Source: Epithemia pelagica (lineage: Eukaryota; Protista; Bacillariophyta). From it: a stretch of 64,000 bases of DNA. Made by a program: the position numbers and the translations under genes. Position 1 is the first letter of the stretch; every line of letters starts with the position of its first letter. The DNA lies in contig OX337236.1 in assembly GCA_946965045.2 (NCBI GenBank), positions 868,001 to 932,000 on the forward strand, written 5' to 3'. The notes under the pieces are model-generated. The model saw only the letters and a program-made list of their open reading frames with translations, ran no database searches and was not told where the DNA came from. Positions 20,501 to 28,750 of the stretch are shown here, one piece after another.

Positions 20501-23153
20501 GAGTCGGGAATTGGTCATGGCGCAATGGCGTCGGGTTCGTCACCGGTGAGATCTCGGGTCGCCGAAGAGCTGGCGGCTTCGAGTCGTCCAGGAGTCCTTC
20601 TTGCAGGTTCTTGAGGTGGGTAAGGTCGCTGCTGTTGTCATGGCTGATAAGCGATCCTTCTTGTGTATCCATGGTTGTGTCCAAACCACCAGCATTCTCA
20701 TCACTATCCTGTTCGTCCTCCTGCTTGATCTTGGTGCTGTCGAAGCTTTTGTCGTGCACAGCTGCGTTGGCTTCAACGCTAGAGAAGGTACGTTGGTCTG
20801 TGGGACTGTGGTCACTGCCGTACCACATATCGATGTCGTCCCACCTGTCGAAGTACAGTGTCTTGGCATGCGATCCACTCAACTTTCCCTTTTTCATTTC
20901 TTGTTCTTCTTCCTTGTTACTTGCCGAACTCGGTAAGTCTTTGTTTGCCACAACCACAACTGGTGTGAGTTTTTGTGCCACAAGTGGTGGCATATCAGCA
21001 TACTCATCTTCGTTGTCTTCACTTTCAGTGGAGCTGTCATCGTCCTTGTGAGGTCGACAGATCGAGACTGTTGCATTATTTGTGCTTGTTTTCTTTTCTT
21101 TTGTTTCTGTGTTGCAAGTGCATGGTTCATTGTCATCATCCTTGTGGTCGCTATCGTTGTGATTGGTGGCGGTTGGTTCATTGTTGTTGGGTGACAGGAT
21201 GCGGCGCAATTCGTCAAACGGAATAGGCGGTGTCCGGTCAGTGTCATCATCGTCGTTTCCAGAGTTGGTGGAACTGCAGTCCATGGACGAGCTGTCATCG
21301 GATGGTGACATGTCCCAAATGGTGAAGAAGACGTAGTGGTCGACGGTGTCCTTGCAACAATCAACCGAATCGCAACAATCATCATCATCATTCATCAGAG
21401 CTTCGCAACAATCCATAGAGGCAAGGGACATACAGTCGGGTAAAGCAGCGACGGGCAAGGCAGGAGGATCAAGTTGGTCGAGATCGAATTCGGTCTGCCA
21501 AGCGGATACTTCGAGTTCAAGTTTCTTCGCATGGGTGGCATTCCGAGGTTTTGCTTTGTCCTTGTCGCCAGGAGACTTTTTATACCCAACAATATGGTTT
21601 GCCGTGGTGTGAGAGGTGTTCCAACGGGTACAAACACCACACCAGAACCACCGCTGACCCTGGATCGTCTGCTGCTCAGGTGCACCAGGAGCAGGAGGGA
21701 TCTTCTTCCAAGGGTGAGCCTGCGATCGATCAACGCGAGTGTTGTTACGCTTGTGAATCGGCTTTCCCTTCCTGTCGCGGTGATTGGAGCCAGGCTGGGT
21801 GTTTGGTCCATTGCTTGGAGTCGGATTGGAACCCGGCGGGTTTCGAAGTGTCTGAATGAGTGCATTAAGACTAGCTTGAGTCATAATAGAATGCCGTTTC
21901 TTCTTAGTCTTCGAAACGGTAGCCTTGTTAGCGGTGAACGACGAGGGGACGGATTTAGAATCAGGAGAACTTCGTTTAGGTGACCATTCACCTTCCTTGA
22001 CACAGATTAGGTACTTCTTGTTCGCCTCTTCGATAACATCTGTGTACAAAAGACGCTCTTTCTTCATATGACTGTCTCCGATAGAGCGATCTAGAAACCG
22101 AATATGGATAATACCGTCATTGACAGGCTTGTTCAGAGTAAGTAGGTCGAACTTAGGCGTGTCAGGCCATTCAGTCTTGAGGATGTTAGCTAGGAGGTTC
22201 CCAGTCAGAGTGTGGTCGTACTGTCCAGCTGCGATCAACGGTCGCGCTTTTTCCGAAAAATCTTTAGTCAACGCCATAATATCGTGGCCAGGGTACTTGT
22301 GAGGCACAAGAGCTCGCATCTCGTGCTTCACTTGTTCCCAGTGCTGCGGGGAATCATGTGTCACGATGGTGACAAGGACCATGAAGAGCTCGGGGAAGCA
22401 CGTCACTTCCCGACTCTGGTCCTCAACTTCGTGCCTAAAGGACTTTTCCAAACAGTCCAGTAAGTAGTCCTGGGCACTGACGTCGTTGTTTCTGTCGTAC
22501 TTGTCATAACTCACAATCTGCGTCTTCATCAATTCCTTCACCTTGCTCATCGTATATTTTGGGTGCTCGATTACAATGAACAACATGTCTTTGGGATCAT
22601 GAGGATTGGGGAGGTATGCGATCGAGTCCATGCCGTGTTTAATCAAGTGCTGCTTGATTTCATCCTGGAGACGGCTAAAATCACCGGTCTTTTTGCTGTA
22701 CTTTTCGTCAGGCCCGGAGATACGATCGTAGTATTTCTTGTCTGTCAGGGTACGTATCTGCATCGTTCGCAGTGGTTCTGTCGCCTTTACCTCTAACCCA
22801 TCCCACTTGTACGTGGGTTTTCCTCCAGTCCAGGCCACCCATTCGTCCTTCTTGCTTCGGACCAGTCCGCCAATCTTCGGCGGGTCGGGGCGGTAATCGA
22901 TACCGGGTGGAGGAGTAGGAGTCTCGTCACTCATGGTGGTCTTCCTTCTTTGTCGTTGAGATGCAACAATCAAACCCTGATGTTGGGTGTCGTTGTTAGA
23001 TGGACCTGGTGGAGACTCAACAATCTGCGATTCCGAAGCAGCAATACTCTGTCCTTGTTCGTCAACAAGGGCGTCTTCGTTCGTCGGATTGGCTACAGGT
23101 GTTGGAAGATCAACGGTACTGGATACGGTGTCTTTGTCACCTGGTATGGACAC
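14502..23153 (-). CDS. copia Gag-Pol polyprotein with a ~1,000-aa extra region (2,883 codons from GTG; first ATG at 22934 gives 2,810 aa)
   Basis: Gag Cys/His motif WFWCGVCTRWNTSH (~21610-21650); protease IWDSGAS (DSGA at 18168-18179); integrase HLRLGH..CAAC, SVDH, YLTDNGSAF and GIAERAI; RT WVFKRKR, KARYCVRG, LYGLSSAPRLW and WVDD; RNase H YVDADFAG, QAEY, EDN and QRADYFTK. Confidence 0.95.
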   Translation of the reverse strand: MSIPGDKDTVSSTVDLPTPVANPTNEDALVDEQGQSIAASESQIVESPPGPSNNDTQHQGLIVASQRQRRKTTMSDETPTPPPGIDYRPDPPKIGGLVRSKKDEWVAWTGGKPTYKWDGLEVKATEPLRTMQIRTLTDKKYYDRISGPDEKYSKKTGDFSRLQDEIKQHLIKHGMDSIAYLPNPHDPKDMLFIVIEHPKYTMSKVKELMKTQIVSYDKYDRNNDVSAQDYLLDCLEKSFRHEVEDQSREVTCFPELFMVLVTIVTHDSPQHWEQVKHEMRALVPHKYPGHDIMALTKDFSEKARPLIAAGQYDHTLTGNLLANILKTEWPDTPKFDLLTLNKPVNDGIIHIRFLDRSIGDSHMKKERLLYTDVIEEANKKYLICVKEGEWSPKRSSPDSKSVPSSFTANKATVSKTKKKRHSIMTQASLNALIQTLRNPPGSNPTPSNGPNTQPGSNHRDRKGKPIHKRNNTRVDRSQAHPWKKIPPAPGAPEQQTIQGQRWFWCGVCTRWNTSHTTANHIVGYKKSPGDKDKAKPRNATHAKKLELEVSAWQTEFDLDQLDPPALPVAALPDCMSLASMDCCEALMNDDDDCCDSVDCCKDTVDHYVFFTIWDMSPSDDSSSMDCSSTNSGNDDDDTDRTPPIPFDELRRILSPNNNEPTATNHNDSDHKDDDNEPCTCNTETKEKKTSTNNATVSICRPHKDDDSSTESEDNEDEYADMPPLVAQKLTPVVVVANKDLPSSASNKEEEQEMKKGKLSGSHAKTLYFDRWDDIDMWYGSDHSPTDQRTFSSVEANAAVHDKSFDSTKIKQEDEQDSDENAGGLDTTMDTQEGSLISHDNSSDLTHLKNLQEGLLDDSKPPALRRPEISPVTNPTPLRHDQFPTPATEALEQWTRGFVPRPRPRDPRISIEQEANTAKRDGMRYERAQYTVYALRHQEPELTVAVAYQRVKDEEWFVGWFIDGTRIPNHPNPAPVWPEMSVHSTPLPCLLRSRIMEHRPIDQKYDQFVSFLNQSNATPSPVNISDPPPVDLHSRSTACETLENMADESVSSTSFVDNSQLGALYVPTDTSETDDDSRTKKRSENPFAKYYACAAMVDLDDTTNLQGDDAAENEAELARHPDTMDELITSAADHLWFLYAEYSHAADPGLKDLLTLRIQNTRRMIRDMWYFILECEQTPGSPYEHAGLSLVHDVAYELTKCGPISPPWYNLDRPCLTVTPDRVSSNDSISTVTVDQDRSYPTDDHAKVYMAAFDMSYTESTRRGRPYVTPPRAPAPVDTTVDSRSLSRHMLRASFITLVVVVPSVLYLLPSPQPSTYATTVFTDGMASLMSSFGYYWMGTKTLFYGLWALLWSVLAHPSCQPAFFSWLSCWIVVLILLPKTISPVTGHPSPLFNSTSTPSVHHFRATLHPVPPPSSTLSSGGLWSVVSNGLAYAMSRRFPLIYIRLIVGSFCKLLHLDSFGSTHAAPPCAPVSTRPKRRKNTAFPLNHPRVKRKPSFRSVTSSPAHKRARMRQRMPRPIPLRRRATPYNNNNNSARTRFNPPMGTRSSVIPTNSYQRFHYNNRTSFTTPNRRNRNTDNHSPTRSEALRSNRQSSTPRQVFGLTAYLEELRSLNAFQVLGNTRNYDSWRYITPAGLEACLQDPMALRSAMPNDASYPIIWDSGASISITNNEKDFVGKIEPLPNFKVKGIANRMKAIGRGEVLWSILDSSGNIRQLRIPAFLVPKTSVRLLSTQSLLQTYDGEKIVQDGKTLVLTGLPEDTTRTQVTVVVNPQNNLPMSYGYNHEEVTKSSHALNTIVNETSEQNKNLSETQKELVRWHLRLGHLSFRRIQFIMRTGILAKTEQQRRLHTKAASLTDLPLCAACQYGKQKRRPSPGTLSSIVKDRRGITKAGNLYPGQCVSVDHFVCSTKGRLFTSRDKSKSSDLYMGGAIFVDHASGYTWIGFQSHLNTHETLRVKDSFELFCRDVGVVPLQYLTDNGSAFTSAKYTESLQNFAQTYRFAGVGAHHHAGIAERAIQTIMSIARTMMLHAAIQWPEMADPSLWPMAVAHATFLSNHVPSLDTGISPHDLFTRTRWEQRKFHDLHVWGCPVYVLDKAMADGKKLPRWKPRSTRGILMGLSTRHATTVPLVLNPNTGYITPQFHVVFDDWFSTIATSVEDLPDLTSHEWDRLFGDSHYQYIEDDDDLDYESPAPHDVLHYSDFGNKQTTVTRSIETHDPPSVLPSHSNSPGIYPLNTPGSAPGEKPVPLSEGVTPLSPSTPLSQRETVRTTPTKLPTIAEQPSPMTPSLPAPPSFEPSTPQREPPQSPRIPTPAPTPGPTMVSRRSGRTIRPPKRYVQDLCSFPASVQSSDLLSMMKASLSDPDTLSYDEAMRDKDLTKWQAAASKEIRELEEKGTWVEVQQSEATTRILPGTWVFKRKRTPDGEISKFKARYCVRGDLQESEQENYSPVVNWSTIRIVLTLSLILGWELACIDFNNAFVQATLNEPVWIHLPRGFRSSLKGTTCLRLVKSLYGLSSAPRLWYDHLIQALKEDGFQMSKHDQCLLYKENIIIFLWVDDCGVCAPTITLIDELVERLKKKGLSLEKEGNFTNYLGINFVRDEKTNSITMTQKGLINKVIDATNMQDCNPNWTPATQLALGSDPDGEPMKEKWQYSSIVGMLLYLATNTRPDIAFAVSQVARFNSNPKKSHAAAVKTIVRYLARTKDKGTIFTPTKDFKLDCYVDADFAGLHGREPQDNPVSAKSRTGYILSFCGCPLIWRSQLQSSVALSTLQAEYHALSQAMRSVIATRRVIEELLANLDLPFEKPTIFSEVFEDNTGAFYLATKQRLTPRTKHFNTYLHFFWEHVGDHPGGVKVSMVGTEEQRADYFTKCQTRELFEKCRKLNQGW

Positions 23154-23400
23154 GAGGTCGAAGCTTCCTGCACCACTGGAAGTTGGTGAGTCCTCGTCGC
23201 TCGTGTTGGTACCTTGGTTGGAGCCTTGATGGCTTCCGGCGCGCTTGGTTGGATGCTAGTGGGTCGATAACCACGTAGCAATGGAGATTTGTCGTTCCCT
23301 TCCTGATGAACACAATAATTCACACTGAAGAGAGGTTGGTTCGGTCCGTCGGTCTTGTCGGCAATACGATAGAGGAGGCGTACGGTTCGTCAGCCTCTTT

Positions 23401-23413
23401 GGGCTCAATAACC
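23401..23413 (-). other. primer-binding site GGTTATTGAGCCC (half-tRNA iMet type with one extra base)
   Basis: Starts immediately after the 5' LTR. It is complementary to the initiator-tRNA anticodon arm GGGCUCAUAACC except for one inserted T. Confidence 0.65.
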
Positions 23414-24181
23414 ACTTAATGTATGTAGAAAACTAACGTAAGACGTGATGGTTAGTGCTCTGAACTTCTGTAGTCAACCAGTTCACTCGGTACACGATGG
23501 GGCCCTCACCTTGCACTAGGTTAGTATGGTTGACTCCTTCCTAAAGGTTGCTTACAACTTTCAGGTTTTTATAAGAAGTGAGCTTATTCTATCGAAAGTG
23601 TTTGTTTCTCATGATTGCTCTTTCATTACTTCCTTTCAGTCATAAAGAGTTTACTTTTCCCGAATCGTTGGGCCCGGTGAAGAAACATCTTTGACTTCTA
23701 GGTAAGGCGCTACAGACGCTCTACGTTTAGGGACTAATGGAACCTGTTCTCTTAGTGCATAGAACCTGTTCCATATACTCAAACTGTGAGGGATAGAGGC
23801 GGAACTATTGGCTTGAACCAAGTATCCATGATCCTTTGGTGAATCTTGTTGTAAGTTGGAGACGTGTATGTTTTAGGTGAGACATAGCCTGGACTTTGCT
23901 TCCGAGTGGAGCTCGTCCGGCTTTTGCCTGTCGTAGATAGTAGTGGGCATATGTAAATGTGTATCACAAAACACCAGGGTTATTCAGAGAGGGAACATTG
24001 TGCCGCAGGCTCGGACATGTCACATACATGGGCACAGCTTCGTCAGCCGTCCACGCACGTGTTCGCACAAGCTTGCAGGACAGATGGCACAGCTATGTCA
24101 TGGTAGACGCGTACTCTCATAGAGTCTAGGTGTTGTTCTTCGAAAGGTAGTTCTAGGTCTATAGCTAGCCGTACTTTAACT
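23414..24181 (-). repeat. 5' LTR (768 bp)
   Basis: Direct repeat of 13685-14452. A candidate TATAAAA lies on the element strand near 23566-23573. Confidence 0.95.
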
Positions 24182-25287
24182 CGTATCGACAGCTCGACGG
24201 TAATAATTTAGAGCCAAGGTCCACTTTTCAAGGCCTTCCAGGGCTGCCCCCATCCTCCGATAGGGTTCCACAATGAGCATTCGATTATTGCCAACCTCAG
24301 TTGTATTTGCTTTTGTTGTGCTGTATGTAATCATCTCTAACAGAACCTCCTCTGCAGTGTCGAATGTCTGAAGCCTCAGGTACATGTCGGCCAGTAGCAG
24401 GTATCCCTCAAACAACTTCCTTTCGTTGGTCTGGGTAGATTTTTCGAGGGATGGGAGTGCCTTTAAGTAAGTGATAGCATCACGAATGTAGACATCTTTT
24501 CTCTCGCTAGGAATCGATGGATGATCGGAATTCTCGACACACTGCCGGGCATGGTTGACTATGAGTTCTTCAAAACACTTTGTCAGCTGTTGTCGACACG
24601 AAGGACATCGTCCAAAAGGCGTTCGACCACGGGAGCCCAAGATTTTAGACTGGAGTGATTTCACACATTGCAGGCACATACGTTCTTGACATGGCTCCAG
24701 AACGATTGGATGCAAAACATGCCCCGAACGTTTGTTGGGACAAGTGGTCAGAGCACAAGCGACACTGGCATCGAACCGATGAAACGATTGTGGATATCCT
24801 TCGCCTAAAACATGTTGTGCTTTCTCTTCGAAAGAAAAACATTGAGCTTTATGTCTATTCAAATAGTCATCTTTCTGACATCTGAGGAAGAGTTTTGTAA
24901 GTTGCCATTGCCAAGGTAATCGACTCATAATCCATTTCTTGAGACTCACTTTGAGGAACAGTAGAAAGCATTTCGACAGCGGGAGCACTGGAACTGTGGA
25001 TCTTCCTTCCCACATAATTCACATCGTCTGATCAATGACATGGTTACGGTTCAGGAACCGGCTAAATATACAGCCATCGTCGGGATCAGATGCCACGGCG
25101 CCAGAAAACTACCTCTGCTACTAGCTAGAGTAGAGAGGAGGCCTCAATAGACTACCCCAACTATAGACTACCCCGATTGATACTTCTCCTATTGAGAGCG
25201 GGTACCGACTCCTCCGCCTACAACGAACGATGAGTTCCTAGATCGCAGATGGATTTCATGATTTCTTATTCAGCTCGTGTAGATCAA

Positions 25288-25899
25288 TTATTCATTACTT
25301 GAAACGGCAGTCTGCTGTTGCGTTTGTTCCGTTCGGGGACGCCTATTGATGGGGTATCTGTACCAGTCAATCTTTTCTTTCTTCTTTAGCGGCTCAGGCG
25401 GTGGCACCACATGACCCAAGTCCAGCATCATTTGGTCGTACTTATCAAGATCTTCCTCTGCGATGACATGGTACACCACACGCTTATGATTTTTGGGTAG
25501 GCGGGTAACCTTGATAATGCCGTCTATCTTGGCGAATAAGGTATGGTCCCTACCAATACCCACATTTACTCCAGGACGAAATTTGGTTCCCCGCTGTCGA
25601 ACCAAAATATTGCCTGCACGACACTTCTGCAGAGCAAACAACTTGACACCCAATCGACGACCCGCTGAATCGCTACTGTTCGTGGTATGCCCAGCCGCCT
25701 TGACTTTTTTCGTTCTCACTTGTTGATGGTGAAGTCCACCCAAGAGCGATGCAATGATTTGACTCCCATCGGAAGAATCTTGCTGTTGTTGATTGAGTTG
25801 GAGCAGGTTCGGAAGTACGGCAATGTTGCCACGGAGCACCCTACTACTCGTCGCCAACGCAGAGCGACAAATACCGGAGCGCATCACAATACTCTGCAT
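25288..25899 (-). CDS. MRPL27: mitochondrial ribosomal protein L27 (bL27m) with presequence
   Basis: [52 protein letters not shown]. Arg/Ser-rich presequence from the ATG at 25899. Confidence 0.92.
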   Translation of the reverse strand: MQSIVMRSGICRSALATSSRVLRGNIAVLPNLLQLNQQQQDSSDGSQIIASLLGGLHHQQVRTKKVKAAGHTTNSSDSAGRRLGVKLFALQKCRAGNILVRQRGTKFRPGVNVGIGRDHTLFAKIDGIIKVTRLPKNHKRVVYHVIAEEDLDKYDQMMLDLGHVVPPPEPLKKKEKIDWYRYPINRRPRTEQTQQQTAVSSNE

Positions 25900-26271
25900 G
25901 GTGACACAGTTTGAGCGTAGTCCAGAAACAAAGCAGCTCTTTCGTCTCACGTTCCTTGCTCGTCCTCAACAATCAATGACGGATGATTGTAGATCGAACA
26001 AGAGAAGGATTTGGAGTTGGGGATTTGGAATTGGGAGTTCGGCGGTGTGTCTTTTTTGCCGGTGGTTTTTGTGTCCGCCGTCCGACCGCCACACGATGAT
26101 GGAGGTCGCACGTGACGCGCGACTCGATTCGGAACAGGATCTTCTTTGCGCGCGCGCAGATACCTTGAAGGACGAGATTGATGAGATTGTGTGGTGTCAA
26201 GACACACATGCACATGCGGTGGTTCACCGAAAAACAAAGAAGTTGACACTTTACAGAAAACACGTTGCACC

Positions 26272-26580
26272 ATGATGAAGTCTTGCTTTGTTACCTTTTT
26301 GTTTGGCCTCTTCATGGCCCTGACCGTATCGGCCTTTGCTCCTTCCGCTACATTTGTCAACAAACAATGCACCACATCGGAGCTCTCCATGGGTCTCTTT
26401 GATTTCATGCAGCCCTCGAAACCTGCTCCCAAGAGCGAAGCCGGTGGAAAGAATGTGGACGTGTTTGGTGGACGTGGATCTCGGATTACAGTGCGTGAAG
26501 ACGAAGACAATGCAATGTGGGTAGACGAAGACCCGAAAACTGGAGATCGCAAATCGGCATGGCCATTTGGCGGAAAATAA
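26272..26580 (+). CDS. small plastid-targeted protein of unknown function (102 aa)
   Basis: Signal peptide MMKSCFVTFLFGLFMALTVSA, then FAP (ASAFAP-type motif) and a short transit peptide, then a mature part starting near MGLFDF. Confidence 0.8.
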   Translation: MMKSCFVTFLFGLFMALTVSAFAPSATFVNKQCTTSELSMGLFDFMQPSKPAPKSEAGGKNVDVFGGRGSRITVREDEDNAMWVDEDPKTGDRKSAWPFGGK

Positions 26581-28111
26581 ACAAGTCGTTGTCAACGTCT
26601 CCTTCCTCTCGGCCATTTCAGCCTCCTCCGTTCTCAGGGGTTCTCAAGAACGCGCAAGACCTACATGATCACTTCCTTCACACATGATATTCAATCTAAT
26701 CTCTTCTGTGATCAAGAGATTCAAGATAGTACTTCACACAGTCGTCTTGTTCAAAGATCAGATTTCTGAACTCATAACTTAAAGCTTGCTCGGATCTTCC
26801 TTCGATAGTTTCGTCAACAGAATTTTACTGTAATGACTTTCATTGAACCAGCTCTCTTACACTGTTTTTAGTATGATTCTTGCGCTTTCGCCCGATGTTG
26901 TTGATGGGATGGGATGGTTTGGGTCCCTTTGTGGGGAAGTTGCGGGGCGTTCTACGGAAGATCTTTGCGCTTTGTCGAACTACGTCCTGTCCATCATTAC
27001 AATATGGGAACGCCGACCTATATTGTAAAGTTGCCAGAATCAACGGTGGATCCAACAATCTTGGTGATCGCAAAGCGACCACCCACCTGTCAGTGGAAAG
27101 GATACAACTGCGTTGCTGTTTGTGCTTGATCTCCAGCTTACAATTTGGGTCATGATTCTAGCCTCAGTGCTTCGGTGCACAACATATTGTACCTCCTTTT
27201 TGCCCTTGACGCAGAGAATCAAAACACGACAACCATCTAAAGGACAACATTGCCACCGTGGACGTTGACGAGTTTCAAGCGTCGAAATGCCCTGTTATCT
27301 CGATTTTGCAGCGAGCATTTCCCCCTAAGGCAGGATCTAGTCATACGGTGACACCGCAAGCAGGAGATCCATTAACCTTGGTTTGTTGCCACACGTGTGA
27401 TATTTCTACTCTAGGTTCGACATTAACGTAGGGGCGATGTTTCGTTTGCTGTTGTTATTATGAGCTGTTAGATCCTCAACATGAAAGTGGACGAGACTCC
27501 CAAGGCTCATTGAGGCTTGCCCTCATTTGTTGATTGCGAACATGCTGATGATGTATACTAGAGATGACTGCAGTGCGTGCTACTGTCCCCGTATCACTCC
27601 CATTGAGACGGACAAAGAGAACTTAATTGTCTAGTTGATTGGTTTGATCATGTTTCTGCCATTCAATGGGCACTTCTTCTTCCCAATGACGTCGCATCCT
27701 GTGGTGATACAAAAAATGCAGCCTCACAAATGCCAGACTGCAAACACTTTCTTTGAGCCGCTTCGACTTTGAAGGATAGGGTAGTGCAGCCGATGTAAGT
27801 GCTACTCACAGCCGAACTCCAATAAGCTTTGAAGACCAGCTTTTGTGGGCCCACGGAAAGATGTGCATACAACAGAGAATGAGCTGGTTTCATTGTCAGG
27901 AGCTCAAGCTCAGGTAAGATTTTACATTTCATGGAAACATCGACCATCCATCCACGAGGACGAGATCTATTGCGAAGAGAAGGCAATTCGGAACACGTAA
28001 GACAATCGTGGCCAACCTTGGATCACATGACGTCCTGTTCCGTTATCGATGAGAGTTCAAAAAACGAATAAGATCAAGGACGAGTCATTCGATGTCGCCA
28101 TAAGTCATCAA

Positions 28112-28750
28112 CTATCTCAGTTGATCTAAGAATGCCACCTCCGCTTTTGTACTGATACGGTTCAGGGCTTTGTTGCGTTCAGGGAACCGTCCAAAAAGAT
28201 GAATCCGTTCTTCATGTTTTTTGGCAATTCGGACAAGTGCACAGTGTATCTCTTTCTTGTTGCCTTTACCATCCATTTTACTCAAACAGCTTTTCAAAAG
28301 AATGTGCAATTCTGCAATTTCAGCGTGACAAAGGCATATGCAGAGAGTGCCTTGAAATTGGAAAGGCAACTCTTGGAAAGATGATTTGATGAGGGAAGTT
28401 GCAATTTTCAATGCTTTGTCGTCAAAGGCGTAAGCCATTGGAGTACCCCGCTTTGCGTTACGAGAAACCTGATCAAATAAAACAATCAAGGCCATTTTCT
28501 CCCACAGCGGTCGGTCATGGCACGTCTCGTCGTGTTCGTCCATTGCTATCTTGTCCAATAACATTCCATAATGTTGCCGGATTTCTCTATCAACCCGCGC
28601 CGTCAAATCACCCTTTGCAAACCACTTTGTCCGCCATAAATGTTCCATCTGAGATGCAGATAGTTCTGCGTATTTCGCCATGATTCCTGAGTCACTCGGG
28701 TGAGTTGCCAGGATTCGTCGGGTAGCATGATAGTTGCCATACCAATACAT
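28112..28750 (-). CDS. DUF924 family protein
   Basis: KWFAKG..VDREIRQHYG, ALIVLFDQVSRNAKRGTPMAYAFDDKAL, HEERIHLFGRFPERNKALNRISTKAE. Confidence 0.88.
   Translation of the reverse strand: MYWYGNYHATRRILATHPSDSGIMAKYAELSASQMEHLWRTKWFAKGDLTARVDREIRQHYGMLLDKIAMDEHDETCHDRPLWEKMALIVLFDQVSRNAKRGTPMAYAFDDKALKIATSLIKSSFQELPFQFQGTLCICLCHAEIAELHILLKSCLSKMDGKGNKKEIHCALVRIAKKHEERIHLFGRFPERNKALNRISTKAEVAFLDQLR

Larger units (their letters stand above)
13685..24181 (-). mobile_element. full-length Ty1/copia LTR retrotransposon (10,497 bp), 5-bp TSD CGTAT
   Basis: Two 768-bp direct repeats, TSD at 13680-13684 and 24182-24186, and one ORF with domain order gag-PR-IN-RT-RH. PBS and PPT abut the LTRs. Confidence 0.97.
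9293..25015 (-). pseudogene. RING-TPR-RelE-like-UvrD/SF1 helicase gene (TRANK1-like helicase module) interrupted by two transposons; coding segments 25015-24182, 13679-12858, 11422-9293 (1,261 aa reconstructed)
   Basis: Removing the copia element plus one CGTAT copy joins RRAVDT to LNEGTLQ in frame. Removing the TIR element plus one CGATTTTTG copy joins YLEQKS to GQRILW in frame. Helicase motifs are GRSGTGKT, YVDEVQD, AGDPAQS, NFRSH, SKGLEFD and LYTAVTR. Also present are a RING-like CxxxxC..PCQERMCLQC..CPSC and TPR-like helices. Confidence 0.88.

Noticed and set aside
26843-27986. Short ORFs between the plastid protein and DUF924 (e.g. 27663-27986 minus)
   Set aside because: No recognisable domain or splice pattern. 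Possibly decayed sequence, but I cannot support a call.
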